Positions 26,571 through 35,913 of a stretch of DNA of 50,528 bases are shown here, piece after piece (within the stretch, counting starts at the first letter, position 1; each line of letters starts with the position of its first letter). Below the pieces are notes generated by a model. The model worked only from the letters and a program-made list of their open reading frames with translations, was not told the origin of the DNA and made no database searches. The stretch is taken from the NCBI GenBank assembly GCA_041653695.1, contig JBAZEV010000002.1, positions 1 through 50,528 on the forward strand, written 5' to 3'. A program made the position numbers and the translations under genes. Source of the stretch: Candidatus Bathyarchaeia archaeon. Its GTDB lineage: Archaea; Thermoproteota; Bathyarchaeia; Bathyarchaeales; Bathyarchaeaceae.

Positions 26571-28262
26571 TTAGACCTCCGCTTTAACTGGAATTGGATT
26601 TTGTGAATGTATGAATCCTTCTTGTATTGGGTAGTTCTCGTATTCGACTGTTACATAATCCTTGAATTTCCGCTGGATTTCACCTGTTGGATCAGCAGGC
26701 ATCTTTGTTTCAATGTCAACCCAGTAAGTTTTTCCGAAGACCTCTTTCAGGATTTCGCCATCTTTGGCTACAATCTCTCCGCCTTTAATTGTGTATGCCG
26801 TATTCTCAAACGCCTTTCTGGCTACAACAGATTCCTTAGCGATGTCAAGCCGTTCTGGGTTAATGTTAAAGATTGCAACATCAGCATCAGCTCCAACACC
26901 AAGGTGCCCTTTGTTTTTCATGCCTAACGCCTTTGCTGTTCCGGCACGTGTAACAACTGCAACCTCATACAGTGTATATTCGCGGTCAATTGTAGGTAGC
27001 AAGCTTTTTCGTTTTGCTCGTTTGTTTATTTTGTTAAAGATTTTCTCTCTTGCTTCGCGGCTGAATAACCACTCCAAAACCTTGGGGTAATTAGTGAACG
27101 GTCCACCGTTTGGATGGTCGGTTGTCATGAATATTTTCCATGGGTCTTTAACTAGAAGCGACATTTCAAGTCCGATTGACCATTGTATTGCATTTATCGG
27201 GCTTGTTCGTTTGTATCTGATTGGAACAATTCCACCAGATGTTTCTGCGCCTACATCATGGTTAATCCACTTGTTGCCAGTTAAGCTGGAAAGATAAAAC
27301 TGGGCTGGGCCATCAGCGGTCATCGTGGTTGTGTCTGTAAAGATTACCTGACCCGTATCCATTGTAACATGGTTGTGAGCATTCATATAATTTGACAATT
27401 CTTCTGCGCCAGAACCAAAAGATGTCCAATCATCACCACCGTATCCACAGAATTGGATATGAGTAATGTGGAGAATTGGTTTGTCATCTTTTGCTAAATC
27501 TTCTACTGCCTTCATTGTCTCTAGAGATGTTGCATAGTTACCAGGTTGTCCTAGCCTGTTTGTGTGAAGGTGTATCGTGTGAGGTAGATTAAGAAGTGTG
27601 TTGGCTTTGATTAATCCCCTAATGATTTCTCGTGGTGTTATTCCAAAGTTTGGTACAACATCATCGATACTTCGCATGTTGCGTCCAAAGCCCCAAGACT
27701 CCAAACCTCCAGGATTTACAACTTTAATAGCATACGCCCGTGAAGCTTTAAGCATCCACGCTAAGTGTGCAGCATTTTCTTTGATTAATCCATCTCTGAT
27801 GTTTTCTAGGCTGAACCACCAATCTCCTAACAGTGTGTATACACCTTTGTCTAACATTGGTGTATCAGCCAGTTCTTCGTGAACGTGACGTGCTTGCAGG
27901 GCAACAGTTGACGGAGCCATAGCGGTTGTGTAACCCATCTTGGAGTAACGGTAACCCGCTATGTATGTTGAGGGCAGTGAGCGCCCTGTTCCTAAATGTG
28001 TAATGGCTGTTTTAGCCACAACATCTTTGTAGTGGTCTTCTGGTCTCAGCATACGCGCTGTATCAACTTCACCACCCGCATAGTGACTGTGCATGTCAAC
28101 GCCTCCTGCCATTACGGTCAGGCCTGAAGCGTCAACGACTTCTGCTTTATCACTGACGGATTCTACAACTTTTCCGTCTCGGATGCAGATGTCCATTTTT
28201 TCTCCGTTTATTTTGTTCAGGGGGTCAAAGACGAAACCGTTTTTGATTATTAGTTCTTTCAT
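26571..28262 (-). CDS. fwdA: formylmethanofuran dehydrogenase subunit A (amidohydrolase fold)
   Basis: GGVDMHSHYAGG and HLHTNRLG metal-binding motifs, 563 aa, located between fwdD and fwdC. Confidence 0.88.
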   Translation of the reverse strand: MKELIIKNGFVFDPLNKINGEKMDICIRDGKVVESVSDKAEVVDASGLTVMAGGVDMHSHYAGGEVDTARMLRPEDHYKDVVAKTAITHLGTGRSLPSTYIAGYRYSKMGYTTAMAPSTVALQARHVHEELADTPMLDKGVYTLLGDWWFSLENIRDGLIKENAAHLAWMLKASRAYAIKVVNPGGLESWGFGRNMRSIDDVVPNFGITPREIIRGLIKANTLLNLPHTIHLHTNRLGQPGNYATSLETMKAVEDLAKDDKPILHITHIQFCGYGGDDWTSFGSGAEELSNYMNAHNHVTMDTGQVIFTDTTTMTADGPAQFYLSSLTGNKWINHDVGAETSGGIVPIRYKRTSPINAIQWSIGLEMSLLVKDPWKIFMTTDHPNGGPFTNYPKVLEWLFSREAREKIFNKINKRAKRKSLLPTIDREYTLYEVAVVTRAGTAKALGMKNKGHLGVGADADVAIFNINPERLDIAKESVVARKAFENTAYTIKGGEIVAKDGEILKEVFGKTYWVDIETKMPADPTGEIQRKFKDYVTVEYENYPIQEGFIHSQNPIPVKAEV

Positions 28263-28276
28263 TTCTCGTTTCCCTC

Positions 28277-28681
28277 TTACTTTGTTCTAAGCTCCGCAAG
28301 TACTTGGTCTATAGTTAGAACTTTTTCTGTGGGTGTTGGTTCGATTGTTCCAGTTACCCATTTTATTGACGGCATACCTGTTCCATGGGTTCGGTAATCA
28401 ACAATGTAGTTTACCCATGGACCATAACTGATGAAAACCCGTTTTGGATGTGGAAGTTCACGGGAAGTAACCGCCCGCAAAACTACGCTTCCAAATTGAG
28501 TGGTAAGTTTAACGTTGGAGTTTTCTTCAATGCCCAAAGTTTTCATGTCTTGGGCGTCAATTTTTACTTCGGTCACGTCTTTTATGTAAACATCTGATAA
28601 TTTTCCCATTTCTTTGCCTCTGCCTTGGTTAAGACTTCGACCGGTTAAAATCAAAACATCCATTTTTGGCAACATTATCAC
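28277..28681 (-). CDS. fwdD: formylmethanofuran dehydrogenase subunit D (molybdopterin dinucleotide-binding domain)
   Basis: The 134-aa product LILTGRSLNQGRGKE... is typical of FwdD/FmdD. It is the first gene of the fwdDAC-mch unit. Confidence 0.8.
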   Translation of the reverse strand: MIMLPKMDVLILTGRSLNQGRGKEMGKLSDVYIKDVTEVKIDAQDMKTLGIEENSNVKLTTQFGSVVLRAVTSRELPHPKRVFISYGPWVNYIVDYRTHGTGMPSIKWVTGTIEPTPTEKVLTIDQVLAELRTK

Positions 28682-28900
28682 TTGGAAAAAAAGTTACCCT
28701 GTACAACCTATTAACGTTACTGGTTTTTCGTCGATTCAAAACGGATATAGTAACTTAAAAATCAAAAACAGACAACTTTTTGGTTCTTAAACATAAAACC
28801 GTTCTTTTATTGTTCTTCTTTTCCTATTGAATATTGCTACCGATTGAATCGTGTTTCTTATTGTTTAACCTTTTTCTCAGTTGCGAGTTTAGTTAATTAG

Positions 28901-29974
28901 TTAGAGTCTTGTTTGTTCTTTAGTTGAGAACAGGTTCGAAAGCCGAACACCAATCAAACGAATTTTTCGTTCAGGACTCAAATAATCCTGTACCAACTCT
29001 ATGGAACTCTTTTGAATGTCTCTTAGTCTATCTGTCAAAAATGGTAATGTTTTGCCGTGCGTGTGGGTTTCAAAGTTTTCGTACCTAATTTTCAGAGTAG
29101 TTGTTTTAAACGTAAAATGTGTTGCCACCAGTTCATCATGTAAATCTTTTGCGATTGCTTCCAGCGTTTCAAAGATTAGTGCATAATTGTTTGTGTCTTC
29201 TTCAAATGTGACTTCACGGCTCATGGATTTTCGTTCCCAATGTTCCTGAACTTCGCTGTTGTCTATTCCACGAGCTGAAAGATACAACTGAGCACCTCCA
29301 GCACCAAACTTTTCAGTTAAAACAGATGGGTCATAGTTAGCCAAATCACCGATAGTTTTGATTCCCATACTGTTGAGTCTTGCTTCAGTTTTTTTGCCAA
29401 CCCATAACAGTTTACGCACACCCAGTGGAGCCAAAAACGCCTCTGCATCCTCTTTAGTGACAACTGTTAACACATCAGGTTTCTGAAAATCGCTGCCGAT
29501 TTTAGCCACAAGTTTGTTAGGTCCAACACCTATGGAGCATGTCAGTTTTTCCTTTTCATATACCTCTTTTTTTATTTTTTCTGCTAACTGTTTTGCTTCC
29601 TCAAAATTGTTGACACGACTGGTAACATCCAAGAATGCTTCATCTAAGCCCCATTGTTCAAACTTGTCTGTGTAACCCTGCAGTATTGCCATAATTCTTG
29701 CTGAGACCCTCTGGTACAAACGGTAATCTACTGAAACAAAAACTGCGGTTGGACAAAGTCTCCACGCTGTAGTTATTGGCATACCAGATTTTATGCCATA
29801 TTTTCGGGCTTCATAGTTACATGTGCTAACAACGCCTCTACCTGTTCCCTCCTTTGGGTCCGCGCCCACAACAACGGGTTTATCCTTGATAGCAGGGTTT
29901 TTTCTTTCTTCTACTGCAGCAAAAAACTGGTCCATGTCAACATGAAAAATTATTCGTTCCCTTTTTTTCGTCAC
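28901..29974 (-). CDS. dinB: Y-family DNA polymerase IV (Dpo4/DinB type)
   Basis: IIFHVDMDQFFAAVEERKNPAIKDKPVVVG, LDEAFLDVT and SIGVGPNKLVAKI motifs are present. Confidence 0.9.
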   Translation of the reverse strand: MTKKRERIIFHVDMDQFFAAVEERKNPAIKDKPVVVGADPKEGTGRGVVSTCNYEARKYGIKSGMPITTAWRLCPTAVFVSVDYRLYQRVSARIMAILQGYTDKFEQWGLDEAFLDVTSRVNNFEEAKQLAEKIKKEVYEKEKLTCSIGVGPNKLVAKIGSDFQKPDVLTVVTKEDAEAFLAPLGVRKLLWVGKKTEARLNSMGIKTIGDLANYDPSVLTEKFGAGGAQLYLSARGIDNSEVQEHWERKSMSREVTFEEDTNNYALIFETLEAIAKDLHDELVATHFTFKTTTLKIRYENFETHTHGKTLPFLTDRLRDIQKSSIELVQDYLSPERKIRLIGVRLSNLFSTKEQTRL

Positions 29975-29989
29975 ATCCGATTTCCCCTA

Positions 29990-31240
29990 CTAGAAAATGG
30001 ACTGAAAAACATAATCAATTTCTTTTAGTTGTGCCAAAGCAGCATTAGAATCTTCATGGCTTAACAACTGTTTTTCATTTAGTTCCACTAAACATGAAAC
30101 CGTTTTACAAATCGCGTCACAAGCAGCCTTCACCTGAAGGTCGTTATTCATGTTTTCCTCAAAATCGGTCTTAATTTTTTTCACTAATTCTTTGGCTTTT
30201 TTGCTTGACTGAACCTGAACGTTTTCAGCAACTTCCAGTCTGCTTACAATCTCTCGGAATTCTCTTAGGTCTTTACAGACTTGAGTGTATTTTTTGAACG
30301 CAAAATCCAGTTTATGCCTGTAGTGCCCGTAAATAAAAAAGAACCTGATATGATTCCATTTACATTCACTTTCCAGCAAATCCTTGGGGTAATGGATGTT
30401 GCCTTTACGTTTTGACATTTTTTCTCCTTCATACATCAAATGTCCAGCGTGAAGCCAGTAATGGACAAACGGTTTACCCGTAATCGATTCTGCTATAGCA
30501 ATTATGTAATCGTGGTGACGGTAAGTGCTGTCGATTCCGCTACACCAGATATCAGCTTTAAAATTAAACGTTACAGGAAGCATTGCGGGGTCTTGAATAT
30601 TCCATGATGGTCTGCCTTTGCCAATTTTTGTGTCCCAGTATACTTTGTCGCCCTCTTTGTAGCCATGCCATAGGATAAAGTCTCCAAGATTCCATTGAAT
30701 ACCCGGGTATGTATCTTGGTGAAAACGTTTCTTTTGTTTAGGCCATTTACTCATATCTAACCTGAACAGTTTCCCAAAACCCTCAAACTTGGATGGGTCA
30801 AAATAAATATTTTTTCTGCCTTCATGAGTGTGCCAATACGCAACACCTTTCTTCAGTAGCATTTCAATGACATTAACTGCCTCTTCAACGGTGGCAGACG
30901 ACCTTTGCATGTACTCTGGAATCTTTACTTTGAGGTGTTTTAGTTCTTCAACAAAATGTTTCACGTTTTCGTCTGTAAGATCCTTTAATGGGATGTTACG
31001 TTTTTCTGCTTCTGCTAAGGCTTTGTCTTCTACATCTGTGATTGTTAATACGCGTTCCACTTTGTAGCCACGGTATTCAAGGTAACGGTGCAGAACGTCT
31101 TCGAAAACAAATGTGCGGTAGTTCCCAATGTGTGGCATCTGGTAAATTGAAGGTCCACAGGTGACTAGTTTCACTTTTCCCTGTTCGTTAGGTTCGAACG
31201 TTTCAAGTTTTCGGGTTAATGTGTTATATAGTTTAAGCAA
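29990..31240 (-). CDS. cysteine--tRNA ligase-like class I synthetase with a divergent zinc site
   Basis: The TTG start gives MLKLYNTLTRKLETFEP, and CGPSIYQMPHIGN (HIGH) and KMSKRKG (KMSKS) are present. However, GRPGWHIECS reads GRPSWNIQDP and FPHHENE reads YRHHDYI. The product is 416 aa. Confidence 0.7.
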   Translation of the reverse strand: MLKLYNTLTRKLETFEPNEQGKVKLVTCGPSIYQMPHIGNYRTFVFEDVLHRYLEYRGYKVERVLTITDVEDKALAEAEKRNIPLKDLTDENVKHFVEELKHLKVKIPEYMQRSSATVEEAVNVIEMLLKKGVAYWHTHEGRKNIYFDPSKFEGFGKLFRLDMSKWPKQKKRFHQDTYPGIQWNLGDFILWHGYKEGDKVYWDTKIGKGRPSWNIQDPAMLPVTFNFKADIWCSGIDSTYRHHDYIIAIAESITGKPFVHYWLHAGHLMYEGEKMSKRKGNIHYPKDLLESECKWNHIRFFFIYGHYRHKLDFAFKKYTQVCKDLREFREIVSRLEVAENVQVQSSKKAKELVKKIKTDFEENMNNDLQVKAACDAICKTVSCLVELNEKQLLSHEDSNAALAQLKEIDYVFQSIF

Positions 31241-31364
31241 AAAATGTCACCCATTTATTGTTGGTTACATGGGCTGTTAGTATATTATATCTTGTTTGGT
31301 TTCTGGTTAATTAGTTTTACAAAAAACATAAATGCGCTTACACAAGACTACATCTCATTAAAAA

Positions 31365-32276
31365 TTGAGGTTACAAGCCTTGTCAAGCCGAAAAAATGTA
31401 ATAATATTCTTAGACACAGACAAATACGCAAGCCCTTTTGACATTTTAGTCGCCATTGACCTATATCCAGAAGCCCAAATCATCAGCTACAGCGGCGTTG
31501 AAGTCAGTGACGCACAACGTCTAATCCAAGACGCCATGTTCCCACGAGGACCTGACGGAGCAAAATTCACCAAAGTATTCATAGGCGGTCAAGACGTCGA
31601 AAAAGGCCTTGAAATACTTGAAGCAATAAAGAAATCCATGTTTCCACCATTCGAAATGTCTGTAATAGTTGACCCCCGAGGATCAAACACAACCGCATCC
31701 GCAGCGGTAGTAAAAACCCTGAAACTTTACGAAACAAAAGGATTCGGAGAAATCAAAGGAAAAACTGTAACACTTTTGGCAGGAACTGGACCCGTTGGTG
31801 TGGTTGCAGCAAGACTATACGCAAGTGAAGGCGCAAATGTTGTTCTTACTTCACGCAAACTGGACCGTGCCTTGGAAGCAGCAAACAAAATTAACGAAGA
31901 ACTTGGAACAAAACAGATATGTGGTGTCCAAGCAGCAACAGCAGAAGAAACAGGTAACTCCATCAAAGATGCTGACCTTGTTTTGGCATGTGGTGCTGCG
32001 GGAATTCAACTGTTGCCTATGGCGGTTCTTGAGAAATATGGAAAGAACGTCAAAGTTCTTGGAGACATCAACGCAGTTCCACCGTTGGGTATTGAAGGCT
32101 TGAAAGCAACCCAAAAAGACAAAGAATTTTCTCCTGGCAAATTTGGAATCGGAGCTCTGGCAATAGGTCCGCTTAAAATCCAAATTGAAGGCGAAATGTT
32201 CAAGCAGGCAGTTGAGTCTCCTAGCGGAATAGTGGATTACAAGACTGCTTATGCCCTAGGCAAAAAACTAGCCTAA
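31365..32276 (+). CDS. NAD(P)-dependent methylene-tetrahydromethanopterin dehydrogenase (MtdA/MtdB family)
   Basis: DTDKYASPFDILVAID...VFIGGQDVEKG...DPRGSNTTASAAV...GTGPVGVVAA resembles the methylotroph MtdA/MtdB layout. The start codon is uncertain. Confidence 0.7.
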   Translation: MRLQALSSRKNVIIFLDTDKYASPFDILVAIDLYPEAQIISYSGVEVSDAQRLIQDAMFPRGPDGAKFTKVFIGGQDVEKGLEILEAIKKSMFPPFEMSVIVDPRGSNTTASAAVVKTLKLYETKGFGEIKGKTVTLLAGTGPVGVVAARLYASEGANVVLTSRKLDRALEAANKINEELGTKQICGVQAATAEETGNSIKDADLVLACGAAGIQLLPMAVLEKYGKNVKVLGDINAVPPLGIEGLKATQKDKEFSPGKFGIGALAIGPLKIQIEGEMFKQAVESPSGIVDYKTAYALGKKLA

Positions 32277-32421
32277 AACCATTAAACCTGTCCGGAAGCC
32301 CTCTTTTTGTGTGGTTTCCGTTTAACCTTTTTTGTTCTTTTTAGATTCAGTATTTTGAGTACATATGCTTCGTTCATAGCTTTTTAGTATTCAGCAACGA
32401 CAACGTGACATCCGATGACAT

Positions 32422-32592
32422 ATGCAGTTTTCAAACAAAATTGTGCTATCGTGGCTTGCGGTGATGTGGGTTATCTTTTCGGTTTGGGTGGTTTCAGTAA
32501 CATCTTTTCCGTTGAACCTAGGATTTGTTGGAATGCAATCCTTAACAGGTATCGCTTTGATGTGGACAACCTTGTGGTATAAAAACGGTTAA
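32422..32592 (+). CDS. possible 56-aa two-TM micro-protein
   Basis: An ATG ORF below the track cut-off encodes MQFSNKIVLSWLAVMWVIFSVWVVSVTSFPLNLGFVGMQSLTGIALMWTTLWYKNG. A T/A-rich box lies about 35 nt upstream. There is no homology evidence. Confidence 0.25.
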   Translation: MQFSNKIVLSWLAVMWVIFSVWVVSVTSFPLNLGFVGMQSLTGIALMWTTLWYKNG

Positions 32593-32599
32593 TCAAAGG

Positions 32600-32665
32600 T
32601 GCCGTCGGAGTAACTCTGAGATTTCATCCTGAAACGTCAAGCTAATGCCTTTTCGTCATCCGGCA
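32600..32665 (-). ncRNA. candidate box C/D guide sRNA
   Basis: The minus strand reads UGCCGG-AUGACGA(C)-12 nt-UUGA(D')-loop-AGGAUGAAAU(C')-guide-CCGA(D)-CGGCA. A 5-bp terminal stem UGCCG/CGGCA closes it. TTTTATT lies about 27 nt upstream and a T-run lies downstream. Confidence 0.5.
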
Positions 32666-32836
32666 TGTTAGTATATGTCTGTTCAGGAATAAAAGTTAGT
32701 TCATTATTCTTTGAATATCCGAGAAGCAATGATTTTCCCCTGTTAAATGGATATGATTTTTAAAGAAACATTAGCTATTACATTTTGTAACACCGTTGTT
32801 TGTCAACATTTTTGTTTATTTAGCACCTAACGGGAG

Positions 32837-33265
32837 GTGAACAGCTTAAAAACAAATGTAAATAAAACTGAAAAAGACTGGAAAAACGTTCTTTCGTCTG
32901 AACAATTTCATGTTTTGCGTGAAAAAGGAACTGAACCAGCGTTTACTGGTAAACTCTTGAAAAACAAGAAAACTGGAATGTATGTCTGTGCTGCTTGTGG
33001 AAACACGCTTTTCAGTTCTGACACAAAATTTGATTCGGGCACGGGTTGGCCAAGTTTCTGGAACGCTGTTTCTAAGGATAGTGTAGAACTAATAACTGAT
33101 AACAGTTTTGGGATGCACCGAACCGAGGTTACCTGCAAAAAGTGTGGTAGTCATCTGGGGCATGTGTTTGATGATGGTCCCGTGCCTACTGGTCAACGTT
33201 TTTGTATTAATTCGGTGTCGTTGGACTTTAAAGAGAATAAAGAATCTGCTGAAAAAACGAAGTAA
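32837..33265 (+). CDS. msrB: peptide-methionine (R)-S-oxide reductase MsrB
   Basis: The two CxxC pairs (CAACGN, CKKCGS) plus [16 protein letters not shown] and RFCINS are present. Confidence 0.92.
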   Translation: MNSLKTNVNKTEKDWKNVLSSEQFHVLREKGTEPAFTGKLLKNKKTGMYVCAACGNTLFSSDTKFDSGTGWPSFWNAVSKDSVELITDNSFGMHRTEVTCKKCGSHLGHVFDDGPVPTGQRFCINSVSLDFKENKESAEKTK

Positions 33266-33301
33266 CCTTGGATTTATGGAAATGATATATCTAGTGCAAT
33301 T

Positions 33302-34393
33302 GTGATAAAATTATCTTCTGTGTTGCATCAAAACCCGAGGAAAGTCAAAACTACCATGTTAACAAATGTTGTCGAACAACTCAAGATAACCCTATTCGGA
33401 AAAGACAAACGCTTTGTTTTGCAGACCTGCCTTTTTTTCTTGGCGTTTATTGTACCTTTGGTTATTCTTTACCGGTTTGATGCAGGGTCATTTGATTACT
33501 TGTGGAAAGGCAGAGCACCTTTCGTTCTGTTTTTGTGGTTGCTCGTTTTAGAGACCTCTCTGGGTTGGAAAAAACTCAAAGAAACTCCAACACTTACATT
33601 AAACCTGAAATCTGTTGTAACCTCTGTATTTCTGGTTCTGCCAACTGTTTACGCTGTTGCGTTAAACAACGGATTGTATGATGCTATCATAGAGCTTGGA
33701 CGCGTTGTTGGGGTTCCATCAGCACAGTTTGGCGAATGGTACCTGACCCATTCTTGGACGTTTTCGTTTGAATATGTCCTTTTTGCAACATTTTTTTTGG
33801 TTTCAATATGGCTTTTGTATGGACGTCTGGGGCTCAAAACCTTAGCTGTATCATCGTTCTTTTTGGCGGGTGTTGGCATATTCTATATGATTGACACGTT
33901 TTACCCATACGGGACATTCACTGTTTTGCAGTCGTTTGTTCCAGTAACCGTATTTTTTGCTTCTTCATTACTGAATCTGTTTGGATACGGAACACAAACA
34001 TTCCCCGGCGGAGCAGACGGACTTGGTTTAACAGTTTCATCGGCGACCAGTACCTACTCAGCTATTGTATCTTGGTCATGTGCCGGCAGCCACAGCCTAT
34101 TCATTTACTCTTTTATGATTATGCTCTTTCTCAGGGGAACCAACATAACGCGAACAAGAAAAATAATTTATGTTGTAACCGGTGCGCTTGGAACATTTTT
34201 TGTTAATGTACTCCGTATTGTGGCAATTCTATTAGCAGGAGTCAACAGTGGAGCCTCATTAGCTGCAACATTTCATGAATTTTATGGCGAATTCTTTTTC
34301 ATAGCTTGGATGTTCATTTACCTCTCTGTAATATACTTGTTAGAAACAAGGTTTCTTAGAAAGAACGTGAACACAAAAAATCTTCAGATATAG
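33302..34393 (+). CDS. archaeosortase/exosortase-family transpeptidase (polytopic membrane protein)
   Basis: About eight TM helices. The family catalytic signature is in the conserved order: Cys in SWSCAGSHS (34079-34081), Arg in FVNVLRIV and His in ATFHEFYG. The start may be the ATG at 33356. Confidence 0.75.
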   Translation: MIKLSSVLHQNPRKVKTTMLTNVVEQLKITLFGKDKRFVLQTCLFFLAFIVPLVILYRFDAGSFDYLWKGRAPFVLFLWLLVLETSLGWKKLKETPTLTLNLKSVVTSVFLVLPTVYAVALNNGLYDAIIELGRVVGVPSAQFGEWYLTHSWTFSFEYVLFATFFLVSIWLLYGRLGLKTLAVSSFFLAGVGIFYMIDTFYPYGTFTVLQSFVPVTVFFASSLLNLFGYGTQTFPGGADGLGLTVSSATSTYSAIVSWSCAGSHSLFIYSFMIMLFLRGTNITRTRKIIYVVTGALGTFFVNVLRIVAILLAGVNSGASLAATFHEFYGEFFFIAWMFIYLSVIYLLETRFLRKNVNTKNLQI

Positions 34394-34435
34394 TTCAGCC
34401 TGTTTAACCGCCCACAAAATTAACCAACATTTTGT

Positions 34436-35892
34436 CTAAGTAGTTTTTTCTGGTGCGCCTATTCTTTTTAGTGTTCCCCATTTCATTTCTCGTTTTGAGA
34501 GTATATCAAAAAGGCTCTTGATTTTGATGAAATTTCTTAGTTCCTTGAAGCCTACAACGAATAGTGGCGAATAAATTAGAAGTTTCATGTCTTCGTTGTC
34601 CATTTCCACTGCTAAGTAACTATATGTGGTTTGAATCAGCATAAAAACAAGCATCACAATTAGTGCTTGCATTCCATACCCCGTTAAAACTGCAATTGCG
34701 ATCACGATAATTGATACCACAGAAACGAACGGAACAAACACCATTGAAAGTAGTACATATTGGAACGTCAAGTTTCTCAAGTATCCAAATCGTGGATTTC
34801 CAAAAACATTTCTGTGTTTATTATTGTCTGGAATGTTCCTCTGTTCCATCTTGTTCTCTGTTTGATAAAATCTCTCCATGTGTTGGGGGCTTCGGTGTAA
34901 ACATAGGCGTCACTTAATGCTTGCACAACCCTTTTTGTTTTCAAAAGCTTGATCGTGACGTCAAAATCTTCGGTTAATGTATCCCTGTCGTAGAAGCCAA
35001 TTTCTTTTAAGCTTCGTTTCCGAAAAGAAGCTAATGGACCAGGAACCACTGGTACTACACCGAAAATGTCGAAGACCCTTCTGTAAATGTTTTCGTTGAC
35101 TATGTATTCAAGTGCCTGACATTTTGTTACCAAGTTTGTTCTGTTTAGAACCTTCACGTTTCCTGCCACTGCACTGATTGTTGGGTCTTGGAATCTGCTT
35201 ACGATTTTTCGAAGTGCTGATCTGGCAATCATGCTGTCTGCGTCACATGTTATGATGATTTCGCCATTTGCAATCAATATTCCAGTGTTTAATGCACCCG
35301 ATTTTCCACCTGCCTCGGTTCTACGAAGCACCTTTACTCCTTTTGATCTGTAACCCAATGCCAACTGGTACGTTCGGTCCGTGGAACCATCATCAACTAC
35401 TATGATCTCTTTTTTCAGGTAATCAATTTCTAAGATTGCGTCAAGACAACGTTCTATTCCTTTTTCTTCGTTGTGAGCTGGAACAACTAGGGTAACCAAA
35501 GGCCAATGTTGAATGGGCGTTAGGTTCATTTTCAATTCTAGATATCGATGGTATACGCAGAGTGGAAGTGCAAGATAATTTGAGAAAAACTCAACAGTTA
35601 AAGCCGTTGCAAGAAGTGCTGTTGCAATCGAAAGGTACCCAAGATACAACGTGAGCCAACCAACAATTACTGGAATTATGAGCATTGACAAAACCGCGAG
35701 TACTGTGATGTGTCTTGAAGGTTCCCTAATTTTGCTGTTATGAGCTTTCCGGGCAGCAAATAGAAAATATGAAGCCGCTGCGGCTCCTAGGATTAGGCAT
35801 ATCCATGCGATGTAACCTGGTATAACAAAAGCTACTAAAACCAGTTCACACGCTAACACAATAGCAGTTGCTATTAACTTTTTGTTATTCAT
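34436..35892 (-). pseudogene. processive family-2 glycosyltransferase (PgaC / cellulose-synthase-like) interrupted by a -1 frameshift or assembly indel
   Basis: ORF 34777-35892 carries DDGSTD, CDADS and QRTRWNRG, then stops. ORF 34436-34879, in the -1 frame, continues with KHRNVFGNPRFGY plus the expected C-terminal TM helices. The switch point is in the run ACAATAATAAACAC near 34815-34828. Confidence 0.65.
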
Positions 35893-35913
35893 GCCTTAAC
35901 GACCAAATTTTTT

